Shown piece after piece: positions 36,252 to 44,319 of a stretch of DNA of 64,000 nucleotides. The position numbers and the translations under genes are program-made. Source of the DNA: Gaiellaceae bacterium (GTDB lineage Bacteria; Actinomycetota; Thermoleophilia; Gaiellales; Gaiellaceae). The notes under the pieces were generated by a model, which did no database searches, was not told the origin of the DNA, and worked only from the letters and a program-made list of their open reading frames with translations. The number at the start of each line of letters is the position of its first letter. The first letter of the stretch is position 1. The stretch spans positions 45,685-109,684 of the forward strand of contig JBJMKE010000013.1 of NCBI GenBank assembly GCA_045806005.1, read 5' to 3'.

Positions 36252-37886
36252 GTGCAGCAGACGCAGCCCGACCGTATGCGGGCGCTCGTCGAGGCCGGGA
36301 TCGCACTTTCGTCGGAGCTCTCGCTCGATGCCGTCCTGCAGAAGCTCGTCGAGACGGCGGCCGAGCTCACCGGCGCGCGCTACGCCGCGCTGGGAGTCCT
36401 CGACCCGTCCGGGGAGCAGCTGGAGCGCTTCGTCACGACCGGGATCGATGAGGAGACGCGCACGGCGATCGGCGACCTGCCGCACGGACGTGGGATCCTC
36501 GGCGTGCTCATCCGCGAGCCGAAGCCGCTGCGCCTCCACGAGCTCCACGCGGATCCGCGCTCCGTCGGCTTCCCGCCGAATCACCCGCCGATGCACTCCT
36601 TCCTCGGTGTCCCGGTCGACCTGCGGGGCGTGGTCTACGGCAACCTCTACCTGACGGAGAAGGCCGGGGGCACCGACTTCGACGACGAGGACGAGGCGAC
36701 CGTCGTGCTGCTCGCCGGCCAGGCGGCGGTTGCGATCGAGAATGCGCGCCTCTACGAGACCGCGACGCGCTGGGCGGCGCAGCTCGAGTCGCTGAACGAG
36801 GTGATGAACGCGCTCGTCACGGAGTTCGACCTCGACACGCTGCTCGGGCTCGTGGCCGAGAAGCTCCGCGAGCTGATCGGCGCGCGGCTCGTCGCGATCG
36901 CGCTCCCGCAGGCCGACTCGCTGCGGCTGGCTGCGGTCGCGGGGGAGGGCGCCGAGGAGTACACGGGGCTCGAGCTGTCGGCCCGCTCGAAGACGATGCG
37001 CGTGATGGGGCGCAGGCGGAGCGAGCGCGTGGACTCCGTGCTCGACGATCCGGAGGTCGAGCAGGAGGCCGCCCGGCGGCTCGGCGCGCGGTCCGCGCTG
37101 TACGTCCCGCTCCTCGTCCGCGACGACGCGATCGGGGTCATCGCCGTGCACGACAAGACCGGGCCCGATCCCCGTTTCACCGACGCGGACCTGCGGCTCG
37201 CCGAGGTCTTCGCCGCGCGCGCGGCGGTTGCCGTGGAGCTGCGGCAGCGGGTGGCGCGGAACGCGCTCGAGCGCGTGTTGAGCGCGCAGGAGGACGAGCG
37301 GCGACGGCTCGCGCGGGAGCTCCACGACGAGACCGGCCAGGCGCTCACCTCGATCCTGCTCGGCCTGCGCGGGCTCGAGGAGGCGAAGGACCCGGAGGCG
37401 CTGGGCGCCGCGCTCGCGCAGGTCCGCGACCTCGTCCGCTCGACGCTGCAGGACGTGCGCCGGCTCGCCGTCGAGCTGCGGCCGAAGGCGCTGGACGACT
37501 TCGGGCTCGTGCCGGCGGTCGAGCGCCTCACCGAGAGCTTCGGCGAGCAGACTCGGATCGACGTCGAGTTCGTCCACCACGTCCCTGACGGCCGGCTGCC
37601 GCCGGAGGTGGAGACGGCGCTCTACCGCATCGTGCAGGAGTCGCTGACGAACGTCGTCAAGCACGCCCGCGCCGGCCACGTCAGCATCGTCCTCACGAGT
37701 AAGGAGGGATCCGTCTCGATCCTTGTCGAGGACGACGGCGTCGGCTTCGAGCCCGCGCGTGCCCGCGGCGACGGCATCGGCCTCGTCGGCATGCGTGAGC
37801 GCATCGGCCTGCTCGGCGGCCGCGTCACGGTCGAGTCGCGGCCCGGCGCAGGGACCACGCTCGTGGCCGAGGTGCCGGTGCAGTGA
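36252..37886 (+). CDS. Tandem-GAF sensor histidine kinase, DosS/DevS/DosT-like
   Basis: 544 aa. GAF-A reads GRGILGVLIREPKPLRL...GFPPNHPPMHSFLGVPV...GNLYLTEK, which from memory closely resembles the heme-binding GAF-A of DosS. HisKA_3 is ELHDETGQAL. The HATPase region is GIGLVGMRERI. Confidence 0.85.
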   Translation: MQQTQPDRMRALVEAGIALSSELSLDAVLQKLVETAAELTGARYAALGVLDPSGEQLERFVTTGIDEETRTAIGDLPHGRGILGVLIREPKPLRLHELHADPRSVGFPPNHPPMHSFLGVPVDLRGVVYGNLYLTEKAGGTDFDDEDEATVVLLAGQAAVAIENARLYETATRWAAQLESLNEVMNALVTEFDLDTLLGLVAEKLRELIGARLVAIALPQADSLRLAAVAGEGAEEYTGLELSARSKTMRVMGRRRSERVDSVLDDPEVEQEAARRLGARSALYVPLLVRDDAIGVIAVHDKTGPDPRFTDADLRLAEVFAARAAVAVELRQRVARNALERVLSAQEDERRRLARELHDETGQALTSILLGLRGLEEAKDPEALGAALAQVRDLVRSTLQDVRRLAVELRPKALDDFGLVPAVERLTESFGEQTRIDVEFVHHVPDGRLPPEVETALYRIVQESLTNVVKHARAGHVSIVLTSKEGSVSILVEDDGVGFEPARARGDGIGLVGMRERIGLLGGRVTVESRPGAGTTLVAEVPVQ

Positions 37887-38530
37887 TTCGTCTCCTGATC
37901 GTCGACGACCACCAGCTGGTGAGGTCGGGGCTGCGCCGGCTGCTCGAGGGCGAGGAGGACATGACGGTCGAGGACGAGGCCGGCACAGCCCACGACGGGA
38001 TCCGGCTCGCCAGGCTGCACAAGCCGGACGTGATCCTCCTCGACGTCGTCATGCCGGGCGGCTCGGGGATCGACGCGATCCCGGAGATCCGCGAGGCGGC
38101 GCCGAAGGCGAAGATCGTCACGCTCTCGATGCAGGACGACCCGAGCTACGTCCGCCGGGCGTTCGCCTCCGGGGCGAGCGGCTACGTGCTCAAGGAGGCC
38201 GCCGACGACGAGCTCCTCTCGGCCGTGCGCGAGGTCGCGGCCGGCGGCAACTACGTCGACCCGCAGCTCGGCGCACGGCTCGCCGCGGCGGACGCCACGG
38301 CCGCCGCCGACGCGGCCGAGGACCCTCTCACGGAGCGCGAACACGAGGTGCTGCGGCTGCTGGCGCTCGGCCATACGAACCAGGAGATCGCGCAGATGCT
38401 GTACCTCTCGGTGCGAACCGCCGAGACGCACCGGGCGCGCATCATGCAGAAGCTCCGTCTCTCGACGCGCGCCGAGCTCGTCCGCTACGCGATCGACCAC
38501 GGAGTGCTCGCGGAGGATGGGACTGAGTAG
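37883..38530 (+). CDS. NarL/LuxR-family response regulator, DosR/DevR-like
   Basis: 215 aa. The receiver domain has LLIVDDH and ILLDVVMPG. The C-terminal HTH reads LTEREHEVLRLLALGHTNQEIAQMLYLSVRTAETH. The start is in a GTGA overlap with the kinase. Confidence 0.9.
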   Translation: MIRLLIVDDHQLVRSGLRRLLEGEEDMTVEDEAGTAHDGIRLARLHKPDVILLDVVMPGGSGIDAIPEIREAAPKAKIVTLSMQDDPSYVRRAFASGASGYVLKEAADDELLSAVREVAAGGNYVDPQLGARLAAADATAAADAAEDPLTEREHEVLRLLALGHTNQEIAQMLYLSVRTAETHRARIMQKLRLSTRAELVRYAIDHGVLAEDGTE

Positions 38531-39134
38531 GGAGCCCGAGCTGCGGCGCGCCGAGCTCGCCTCCGACCCCCTCGAGCAGTTCCGGAGCTGGTTCGCCGAG
38601 GCTGCGAAGGCGCTCGACGCGCCGGAGGCGGTCGCGCTCGCGACGGCGTCTCCAGCCGCCGCGCCGTCGGTGCGCATGGTGCTGCTGAAGGACTTCGACG
38701 AGCGCGGGCTCGTCTTCTACTCGCACTACACGTCGCGCAAGGGACGCGAGCTCGAGGCGAATCCGCAGGCGGCGCTGCTCTTCCACTGGCGGCCGCTCGG
38801 CCGTCAGGTCCGCGTCGAGGGGCGGGTCGAGCGACTGCCGGGAGAGGAGTCGGACGCGTACTTCGCGACGCGCCCGCGCGACGCACAGCTCGGCGCCGCC
38901 GCCTCCCGGCAGAGCGAGCCCCTCGGGTCGCGAGCCGAGCTGAACGCGCGCCTCGGGGAGGTCGAGGGCGCCCTGGGCAGAGGCCCGGTGCCGCGACCAC
39001 CGACGTGGGGCGGGTACCTCGTCGTCCCCGAGGCCTGGGAGTTCTGGCAGCACCGGGCCAGCCGCCTCCACGACCGGTTCCGCTACGTGCGGAAGCGGGG
39101 CGGCGGCTGGAGCGTGTCGCGGCTCTTCCCGTAG
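38517..39134 (+). CDS. pdxH: Pyridoxamine 5'-phosphate oxidase
   Basis: 205 aa. Motifs are VRMVLLKDFDERGLVFYSHYTSRKGREL, QVRVEGRVERL, YFATRPR and WEFWQHR..RLHDR. The start overlaps the response regulator 3' end by 14 nt. Confidence 0.9.
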   Translation: MGLSREPELRRAELASDPLEQFRSWFAEAAKALDAPEAVALATASPAAAPSVRMVLLKDFDERGLVFYSHYTSRKGRELEANPQAALLFHWRPLGRQVRVEGRVERLPGEESDAYFATRPRDAQLGAAASRQSEPLGSRAELNARLGEVEGALGRGPVPRPPTWGGYLVVPEAWEFWQHRASRLHDRFRYVRKRGGGWSVSRLFP

Positions 39135-39454
39135 CCGCCCAGACTGCGGCGGAGCGCCGCGAGCCGCTCGTCCCAGGCCGCGCCGACCGAGACCATCCAC
39201 TCGACGGCCTCCTCGAGCGGCGCCGGCGTCACCTCGTAGCGCGTCTCGCGCCCGGCTCGGGTCGCGCTGAGCAGGCCCGCGTCGGCCAGCGCCGAGAGCT
39301 GTTTCGCGACCGCCTGGCGGGTGACCGGCAGCTCCGCAGCGAGCTCCGTCGCGGTGGCCGAGCCACGCGCGGCCACCGCCTCGACGAGGGAGCGCCGTCC
39401 CGCGTCGCCGAGCGCTGCGAAGACGCGGTCTACGCCGCCGCGAGCGCCGTCCAC
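39083..39454 (-). CDS. ArsR/SmtB-family transcriptional regulator
   Basis: 123 aa. The wHTH reads [28 protein letters not shown]. It pairs with the upstream AHSA1-like gene. Its 3' end overlaps the pdxH 3' end. Confidence 0.75.
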   Translation of the reverse strand: MDGARGGVDRVFAALGDAGRRSLVEAVAARGSATATELAAELPVTRQAVAKQLSALADAGLLSATRAGRETRYEVTPAPLEEAVEWMVSVGAAWDERLAALRRSLGGYGKSRDTLQPPPRFRT

Positions 39455-39801
39455 GCCGACGCCGCCGCTTGCAGCGAAAGCGCGTACAGCTCGAGCGCCG
39501 GGGCGAAGTCCGGGGAGGACTCGACGACGTGCACCCGCGTTCCCGCGACCATGGGCTCGAGCTCGAGGACGACGCTGCCGCCGTCGTCCCAGTCGAGCAC
39601 CAGCCGCTCGGCCTCCTCCAGCTCGCGCACGACGGCGCGCCGCTGGTCGCCGTCACCCCACCGGAAGACTCCCTCGCCGCCGGGCCGCGCGTCGAGCTCG
39701 ACCTCGGTCGCGAACCACTCCTCGAGCCGCTCGGGCTCGGTCAGGGCCTCCCATACCTCCTCGGGGGCCTCCGGCACGACGATCTCGCGCTCGACCTCCA
39801 T
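39430..39801 (-). CDS. SRPBCC/AHSA1-like (activator of Hsp90 ATPase homologue) domain protein
   Basis: 123 aa. [30 protein letters not shown] is a typical AHSA1/SRPBCC N-terminus. Confidence 0.7.
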   Translation of the reverse strand: MEVEREIVVPEAPEEVWEALTEPERLEEWFATEVELDARPGGEGVFRWGDGDQRRAVVRELEEAERLVLDWDDGGSVVLELEPMVAGTRVHVVESSPDFAPALELYALSLQAAASAWTALAAA

Positions 39802-39824
39802 CGCTGCCTCCGTTCCATCCGATG

Positions 39825-39842
39825 CGCAACCCTACGGTTGCG
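39825..39842. promoter_or_regulatory. Candidate operator palindrome in the divergent AHSA1-ArsR / clpP promoter region
   Basis: CGCAACC-ctac-GGTTGCG lies at 39825-39842. A third half-site, TGCAACC, lies at about 39850. Confidence 0.3.
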
Positions 39843-39857
39843 TGTAATGTGCAACCG

Positions 39858-40478
39858 ATGAGTAGCGTATCCAATCAGCTGGTGCCCATGGTCGTCGAGT
39901 CGGACGGCCGCTTCGAGCGCTCCTTCGACATCTTCTCGCGCCTCCTGCGCGAGCGGATCGTCTTTCTCGGCACCGAGGTGGAGGCCTCGGCCGCGAACCT
40001 CGTGGTCGCGCAGCTTCTCTTCCTCGAGGCGGAGGATCCCGACGCCGACATCCGCTTCTACATCAACTCGCCCGGAGGCGATGTCTACGCGGGGATGGCG
40101 ATGTACGACGCGATGCAGTACGTGCAGCCGGACGTGCAGACCTACTGCATCGGGATGGCGATGTCGATGGGCGCCCTGCTGCTCGCCGGCGGCGCGGCCG
40201 GGAAGCGCTTCGTCCTCCCGAACTCGAAGGTGATGATCCACCAGGGCTCCGGCGGCTTCCGCGGCACGCCGGCCGACATCCAGATCGCGGCCCGCGAGAT
40301 CCTCTCCCTCACGCGCCGTTACGCGGAGGTGATCGCGCACCACTCCGGCCGAGACGTCGAGGAGGTCGTGCGCGACATCGACCGCGACCGCTTCCTCGCG
40401 CCGGAGGAGGCCGTCGACTATGGCCTCGCCGACACCGTGCTGGCGGGCCGCAACGGCGCCGCGGCGCCTGCTCCCTAG
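39858..40478 (+). CDS. clpP: ATP-dependent Clp protease proteolytic subunit (stand-alone paralogue)
   Basis: Starts at [14 protein letters not shown], the ATG at 39858. Motifs are [24 protein letters not shown] (Ser), MIHQ (His) and DRDRF (Asp). No clpX or a second clpP lies adjacent. Confidence 0.9.
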   Translation: MSSVSNQLVPMVVESDGRFERSFDIFSRLLRERIVFLGTEVEASAANLVVAQLLFLEAEDPDADIRFYINSPGGDVYAGMAMYDAMQYVQPDVQTYCIGMAMSMGALLLAGGAAGKRFVLPNSKVMIHQGSGGFRGTPADIQIAAREILSLTRRYAEVIAHHSGRDVEEVVRDIDRDRFLAPEEAVDYGLADTVLAGRNGAAAPAP

Positions 40479-40873
40479 CCCCGGTCGGCGGCGGCGAGGA
40501 GGCGCCCGCAGGAGTCGGCGGCACGGCGGAGGGCGGTGGCCGCGGCCGTGCAGTCGAGCGGCGGCCGGTGGAGCGCGAGCTGCTCGAGCGCGGTCACCGA
40601 CGTCTCGCGGCAGACGCGGGCCGCGGCGAGCACGAGCTGCGGCGGCCGGTCGGCGAGGTCGACGAGGACACCCGAGATCGCCGCCGGCAAGACGATCGTC
40701 CGGAGCAGGCGCTGCTGTTCCGCCGGTGCCAGGGTCGCACGCGCAGACTCGAGCAGCTCCTCGCATGCGGCGGCACAGCCCCGCGCGTCGACGATCGCCT
40801 GCGCGAGGGCGTCCGCGAGGCCGCTGAACCACGCTCTCTCGTCCGGGGCTCTCTCGTCCGGGCTCCTGTCCAT
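40475..40873 (-). CDS. Hypothetical 132-aa helical, Cys-containing protein
   Basis: Starts at the ATG at 40873. GC3-rich. It has five Cys (GCAAAC, VC, DC, SC) and an N-terminal [10 protein letters not shown] duplication. I recognise no family. Confidence 0.45.
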   Translation of the reverse strand: MDRSPDERAPDERAWFSGLADALAQAIVDARGCAAACEELLESARATLAPAEQQRLLRTIVLPAAISGVLVDLADRPPQLVLAAARVCRETSVTALEQLALHRPPLDCTAAATALRRAADSCGRLLAAADRG

Positions 40874-40914
40874 CGCCGCTTCGCGCCTACCCCGGCGCGT
40901 GGCGATCCGAACCG

Positions 40915-41883
40915 TCAGCGAGCCGAGGCGGGTCCTTGCCGGGAGATGCTGTCGGCCAGGATCTCGTCGATCCGCGAGAGCGTCGCGGAGTCGAGCTCGA
41001 CGCCGGAGGCGGCCGTGTTGTCCTCGACCTGCTCCGGCCTGGTGGCGCCGATGATCGCCGAGGCGACGTTCTCCTCCCGCAGCACCCACGCCAGCGCGAG
41101 CTGCGCCATCGACAGCCCCAGCTCGTCGGCCACGGCCCGCAGCCGCTGCACGCGCTCGAGCAGCACCTGGTCGCCGGCCCGATCCATGAAGTAGCTCATC
41201 CGCTCGTGCGCGGCGCGGCTGTCGCCCGGCGGCGCCTCGCCCGGCAGGTACTTGCCGGTCAGGATGCCCTGGCCGAGCGGCGACCACACGATCTGGGAGA
41301 TGCCGTGCTCGCGGCAGTACGGGATCACGTCGCGCTCGGGGCCACGCCAGATCATCGAGTACTGCGGCTGGCTCGAGACGAAGTGCTCGACCCCGGGCAT
41401 CTCCTGCGCCTCGCGGGTCTTCTCCACGGGCCATTCGCTGAAGCCGAGGTAGCGCGCCTTGCCCTGCCGGACGACCTCGCTCAGCGCCTCCATCGTCTCT
41501 TCGAGCGGCGTGTCCCAGTCGTAGCGGTGGCACTGGTAGAGGTCGACGTGGTCGGTGCGGAGGCGTCCCAGCGACGCGTCGATCTGCTTGAGGACCTGAC
41601 CGCGCGAGAGGCCGCGGTCGGTGTCGGACATGGGGAAGTAGAGCTTCGTCGCGAGCACGTACGACTCGCGCGGCCGACCGGCGAGCACCTCACCGAGGAA
41701 CTCCTCGGCGCCGCCGCCCGAGTAGACGTTCGCCGTATCGATGAAGTCGATCCCGAGCTCGAAGGCCCGCGCCACGCAAGCCTCCGCCTGCTCGCGTTCC
41801 ACCGAGCCGCCGTACGTCATCCAGGAGCCGAGCGAGATCTCGGAGACCACGAGATCGCTCGAGCCGAGCTGCCTCCGGCGCAT
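40915..41883 (-). CDS. Aldo/keto reductase
   Basis: Starts at MRRRQLGSSDL, at 41883. Motifs are DTANVYSGGGAEEFLG, LATK and DLYQCHRYD. 322 aa. Confidence 0.9.
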   Translation of the reverse strand: MRRRQLGSSDLVVSEISLGSWMTYGGSVEREQAEACVARAFELGIDFIDTANVYSGGGAEEFLGEVLAGRPRESYVLATKLYFPMSDTDRGLSRGQVLKQIDASLGRLRTDHVDLYQCHRYDWDTPLEETMEALSEVVRQGKARYLGFSEWPVEKTREAQEMPGVEHFVSSQPQYSMIWRGPERDVIPYCREHGISQIVWSPLGQGILTGKYLPGEAPPGDSRAAHERMSYFMDRAGDQVLLERVQRLRAVADELGLSMAQLALAWVLREENVASAIIGATRPEQVEDNTAASGVELDSATLSRIDEILADSISRQGPASAR

Positions 41884-41914
41884 CGAGTCGACGCTAGCCG
41901 TTAGCGTCCGGGCT

Positions 41915-42289
41915 GTGCCGCAGCTGAACGCCCTCGGGATCGTCTGCTCCGACATGCGCCGCTCGGTGGCCTTCTACGGGCTGCTCGGGATCGAGTTCCC
42001 GGAGGGCAACGGCCACGTCGAGGCGACGCTCCCGAACGGCATGCGCCTCATGCTCGACACGGAGGAGGTCATCACCAGCTTCCGGCCCGACTGGACGCGC
42101 GCGTCCGGCAACCAGCTCGCCCTCGCCTTCGAGTGCGGCAGCCCGGCGGAGGTCGACGAGCTGTACGCCCGCGTGGTCGCCGCCGGGTTCGACGGCGAGA
42201 AGGAGCCGTGGGACGCGTTCTGGGGCCAGCGCTACGCGCAGCTCGGCGACCCAGACGGCGTGCCCGTCGATCTGTTCGCGGCGCTCTGA
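41915..42289 (+). CDS. Glyoxalase/bleomycin-resistance/VOC family protein
   Basis: Starts at the GTG at 41915. VPQLNALGIVCSDMRRSVAFYGLLG... and ...PWDAFWGQRYAQLGDPDGVPVDLF are typical VOC ends. 124 aa. Confidence 0.7.
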   Translation: MPQLNALGIVCSDMRRSVAFYGLLGIEFPEGNGHVEATLPNGMRLMLDTEEVITSFRPDWTRASGNQLALAFECGSPAEVDELYARVVAAGFDGEKEPWDAFWGQRYAQLGDPDGVPVDLFAAL

Positions 42290-42861
42290 CCGAGACGCTC
42301 GTCGAGGAGCAGGTCGAGCTTGCGCCGGGCCTGCGCCTGGAGATCCTCCGCCCGCCGAGCGCCGAAGAGCTGATCGACGAGGCGGCATTCGACGAGGAGG
42401 AGTTCCTGCCGTACTGGGCCGAGCTGTGGCCGAGCGGGCTCGCGCTCGCACGCCACGTCGCCGGGCGGGAGGTGCGCGGGCTGAAGGTGCTCGAGCTCGG
42501 CTGCGGCCTCGGGCTTCCGTCGCTCGCCGCGGCGGCCCGCGGCGCGGATGTGCTCGCCACCGACTGGGCGGAGGACGCGACCGGGCTGCTGCTGCGGAAC
42601 GCCGAGCGCAACGGCGTCTTCCTCCGTGTCGCCCGGGTCCGCTGGAGCGAGCCGGAGCCCCTGTTGCGGGCCGCGCCGTGGGATCTCGTCCTCGGCGCGG
42701 ATCTGCTCTACGAGGCACGCAATGCCGAGCAGCTCGCGGAGCTCTTGCCGCAGCTCGGCGGCGAGGTGCTGCTGGCGGAGCCGGGCCGGCCGTACGCGAA
42801 GGAGTTCCTCGAGCGCTTCCGGGCCGAGGACGTCGGCGAGCGCATCTACCGGCTCGGCTAG
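42286..42861 (+). CDS. Class I SAM-dependent methyltransferase (Methyltransf_16/lysine-MTase-like)
   Basis: Motifs are LPYWAELWPSGLALARHV, VLELGCGLGLPSLAAA and LGADLLYE. The start is uncertain; a CTG at 42286 overlaps the VOC stop. Confidence 0.6.
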   Translation: MTETLVEEQVELAPGLRLEILRPPSAEELIDEAAFDEEEFLPYWAELWPSGLALARHVAGREVRGLKVLELGCGLGLPSLAAAARGADVLATDWAEDATGLLLRNAERNGVFLRVARVRWSEPEPLLRAAPWDLVLGADLLYEARNAEQLAELLPQLGGEVLLAEPGRPYAKEFLERFRAEDVGERIYRLG

Positions 42862-43043
42862 CGGGCCTGCGCCGCTTCGCAGAGCACCACACCCGCGGCG
42901 ACCGCGACGTTGAGGCTGTCGACCGGGCCGTGCGCCGGGACGACGACGTGGTCGGTCGCGCTGCGACGGCGGCTGGTGGGCTCGCTACCTCGACACGACG
43001 GGGCGGAGGCTACCCTGCTCGCCCGTGTTCGCCACCCTCGCCG
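42858..43043 (-). pseudogene. 3' remnant of a SpoU/TrmH-family RNA 2'-O-methyltransferase gene
   Basis: The minus-strand frame reads ...GSEPTSRRRSATDHVVVPAHGPVDSLNVAVAAGVVLCEAAQAR*. This carries SpoU motif 3 (SLNVAVAAG) and the C-terminus. The frame is closed by a stop at 43044-43046 and holds no usable start codon. The rest of the gene is absent. Confidence 0.55.
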
Positions 43044-43708
43044 TCACCCTCGGGCTCCTCGTGGCTCATGGGCTGGAAGCGTCGCCGGCAAAGCCGGCGG
43101 CGCCCGGCCGACAGACCGCGGCGCTTTCAGCGCCGCTGAGGCCGCACATCGTGTGGAAGCCGATCCCGTACGGGCCGCAGCGGAAGGCGGAGATGGCCGC
43201 GTACGCCGCCAAGCACTACGGCATCCACTCCTGGCGGCTCGGCCCGAAGGTGATCGTCGAGCACTACACGGGCAACAACAGCTTCTCGTCGACGTGGAAC
43301 GCGTTCGCGGCCAACACGCCCGATCCCGAGCTCGGGGAACTGCCCGGGACCTGCGCGCACTTCGTCGTCGACCGGGACGGCACGATCTACCAGCTCGTGC
43401 GGCTGAACGTCATGTGCCGGCACACGGTCGGGCTCAACTACGTCGCGATCGGCATCGAGCACGTGGGCACGTCCGATGCGGAGATCCTCCACGACCCGAC
43501 CCAGCTCCGCTCGTCGCTCGCGCTCACGGCCTGGCTCGTCGGCCGCTTCCACATCAAGATCCGGAACGTGATCGGGCACGCCGAGAGCCGGTCGAGCCCG
43601 TTCCACCGGGAGCGGTACAAGCCGTGGGCACACCAGACCCACTCCGATTGGAAGCACGCGGACATGCAGAAATACCGCGCGAAGCTGGCGCTTCGCTTGG
43701 TGGGATAA
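43025..43708 (+). CDS. Secreted N-acetylmuramoyl-L-alanine amidase (Amidase_2/PGRP fold)
   Basis: 227 aa with a signal-like N-terminus. Motifs are IVEHYTGNN, CAHFVVDRDGTIYQLV, HTVGLNYVAIGIEHVG and IGHAE. Confidence 0.8.
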   Translation: MFATLAVTLGLLVAHGLEASPAKPAAPGRQTAALSAPLRPHIVWKPIPYGPQRKAEMAAYAAKHYGIHSWRLGPKVIVEHYTGNNSFSSTWNAFAANTPDPELGELPGTCAHFVVDRDGTIYQLVRLNVMCRHTVGLNYVAIGIEHVGTSDAEILHDPTQLRSSLALTAWLVGRFHIKIRNVIGHAESRSSPFHRERYKPWAHQTHSDWKHADMQKYRAKLALRLVG

Positions 43709-44033
43709 CGAACTGCGCGGGCCGGAAAGCGCGGTTTCCGGCCCGCTTCGTGCTGTTGTCTTGGATTGCTCTCTGGCCCTGGACCGCACTCTGGTCGAAG
43801 CGTTAGAGCCCTCAGCTGGCGCCGAGGCGGCGGCGTAACCCCGTTACGCCGCCGCGGTGTAGCGGGCGTGCACGCCGCAGGCATGCTCGCCCGCGACGGA
43901 ACCGGGCGTCTGAACTGCGCTTCCCAAAGGCAAAGCCCTACTGCACGGAGCCAACGGGAGACCGCGCTCTCCCGTTGGCGGAGTTCCGTCACTAACCCGG
44001 AAACGCGCAGCGTTTCCGGGTTAGTATCCGGCC
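43709..44033. other. Long, highly structured intergenic region with at least 5 strong stem-loops; candidate ncRNA or REP-like cluster
   Basis: Hairpins are at 43717-43746 (12 bp), 43827-43855 (13 bp), 43862-43894 (7 bp outer stem), 43951-43978 (11 bp) and 43991-44025 (15 bp, ending 8 nt before the DUF4242 ATG). No GC3-biased ORF is present. Confidence 0.5.
43717..43746 (+). terminator. Stem-loop downstream of the amidase gene (candidate intrinsic terminator)
   Basis: GCGGGCCGGAAA-gcgcgg-TTTCCGGCCCGC forms a 12-bp stem. It is followed by the T-rich TTCGTGCTGTTGTCTT. Confidence 0.5.
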
Positions 44034-44318
44034 ATGCCGCGCTACCTGATCCTCCGCCAGTTCGAGGTCGACGAATCGCAGATGCCCCCGATCGGCCGCC
44101 GCTCGCGCGAGCTCGTCGAGGGCGACTTTCCGGAGATCACCTGGGAGCACAGCCATGTCGTCGTGGATGACGAGGGGCTCGTGCAGACGTACTGCGTCTA
44201 CGAGGCGCCCAACGAGGAGATGGTCCGCGAGCACTCGACACGGCTCGGCCAGCACAAGATCGCCCTGCTGGAGGAGATCGCCGGCGACGTGTCGCCCGCG
44301 GACTTCCCGCCCGCATAG
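44034..44318 (+). CDS. DUF4242-like small protein
   Basis: 94-aa ORF. MPRYLILRQFEVDE...TYCVYEAPNEEMVREHSTRLG matches my recollection of the DUF4242 family pattern. Confidence 0.55.
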   Translation: MPRYLILRQFEVDESQMPPIGRRSRELVEGDFPEITWEHSHVVVDDEGLVQTYCVYEAPNEEMVREHSTRLGQHKIALLEEIAGDVSPADFPPA

Positions 44319-44319
44319 C

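Noticed and set aside
40475-40478. Convergent genes sharing a CTAG tetranucleotide as both stop codons, here and again at 42858-42861.
   Set aside because: It is a curiosity, but two occurrences can arise by chance because TAG/CTA is self-complementary. I can propose no functional implication.
42862-43024. c-di-AMP (ydaO-type) riboswitch upstream of the cell-wall amidase, as is common in Actinobacteria.
   Set aside because: The conserved ydaO segments, such as ...CCGAACCCGNCAGCUAACCUCGUA..., are absent. The SpoU/TrmH C-terminal remnant on the opposite strand explains the region better.
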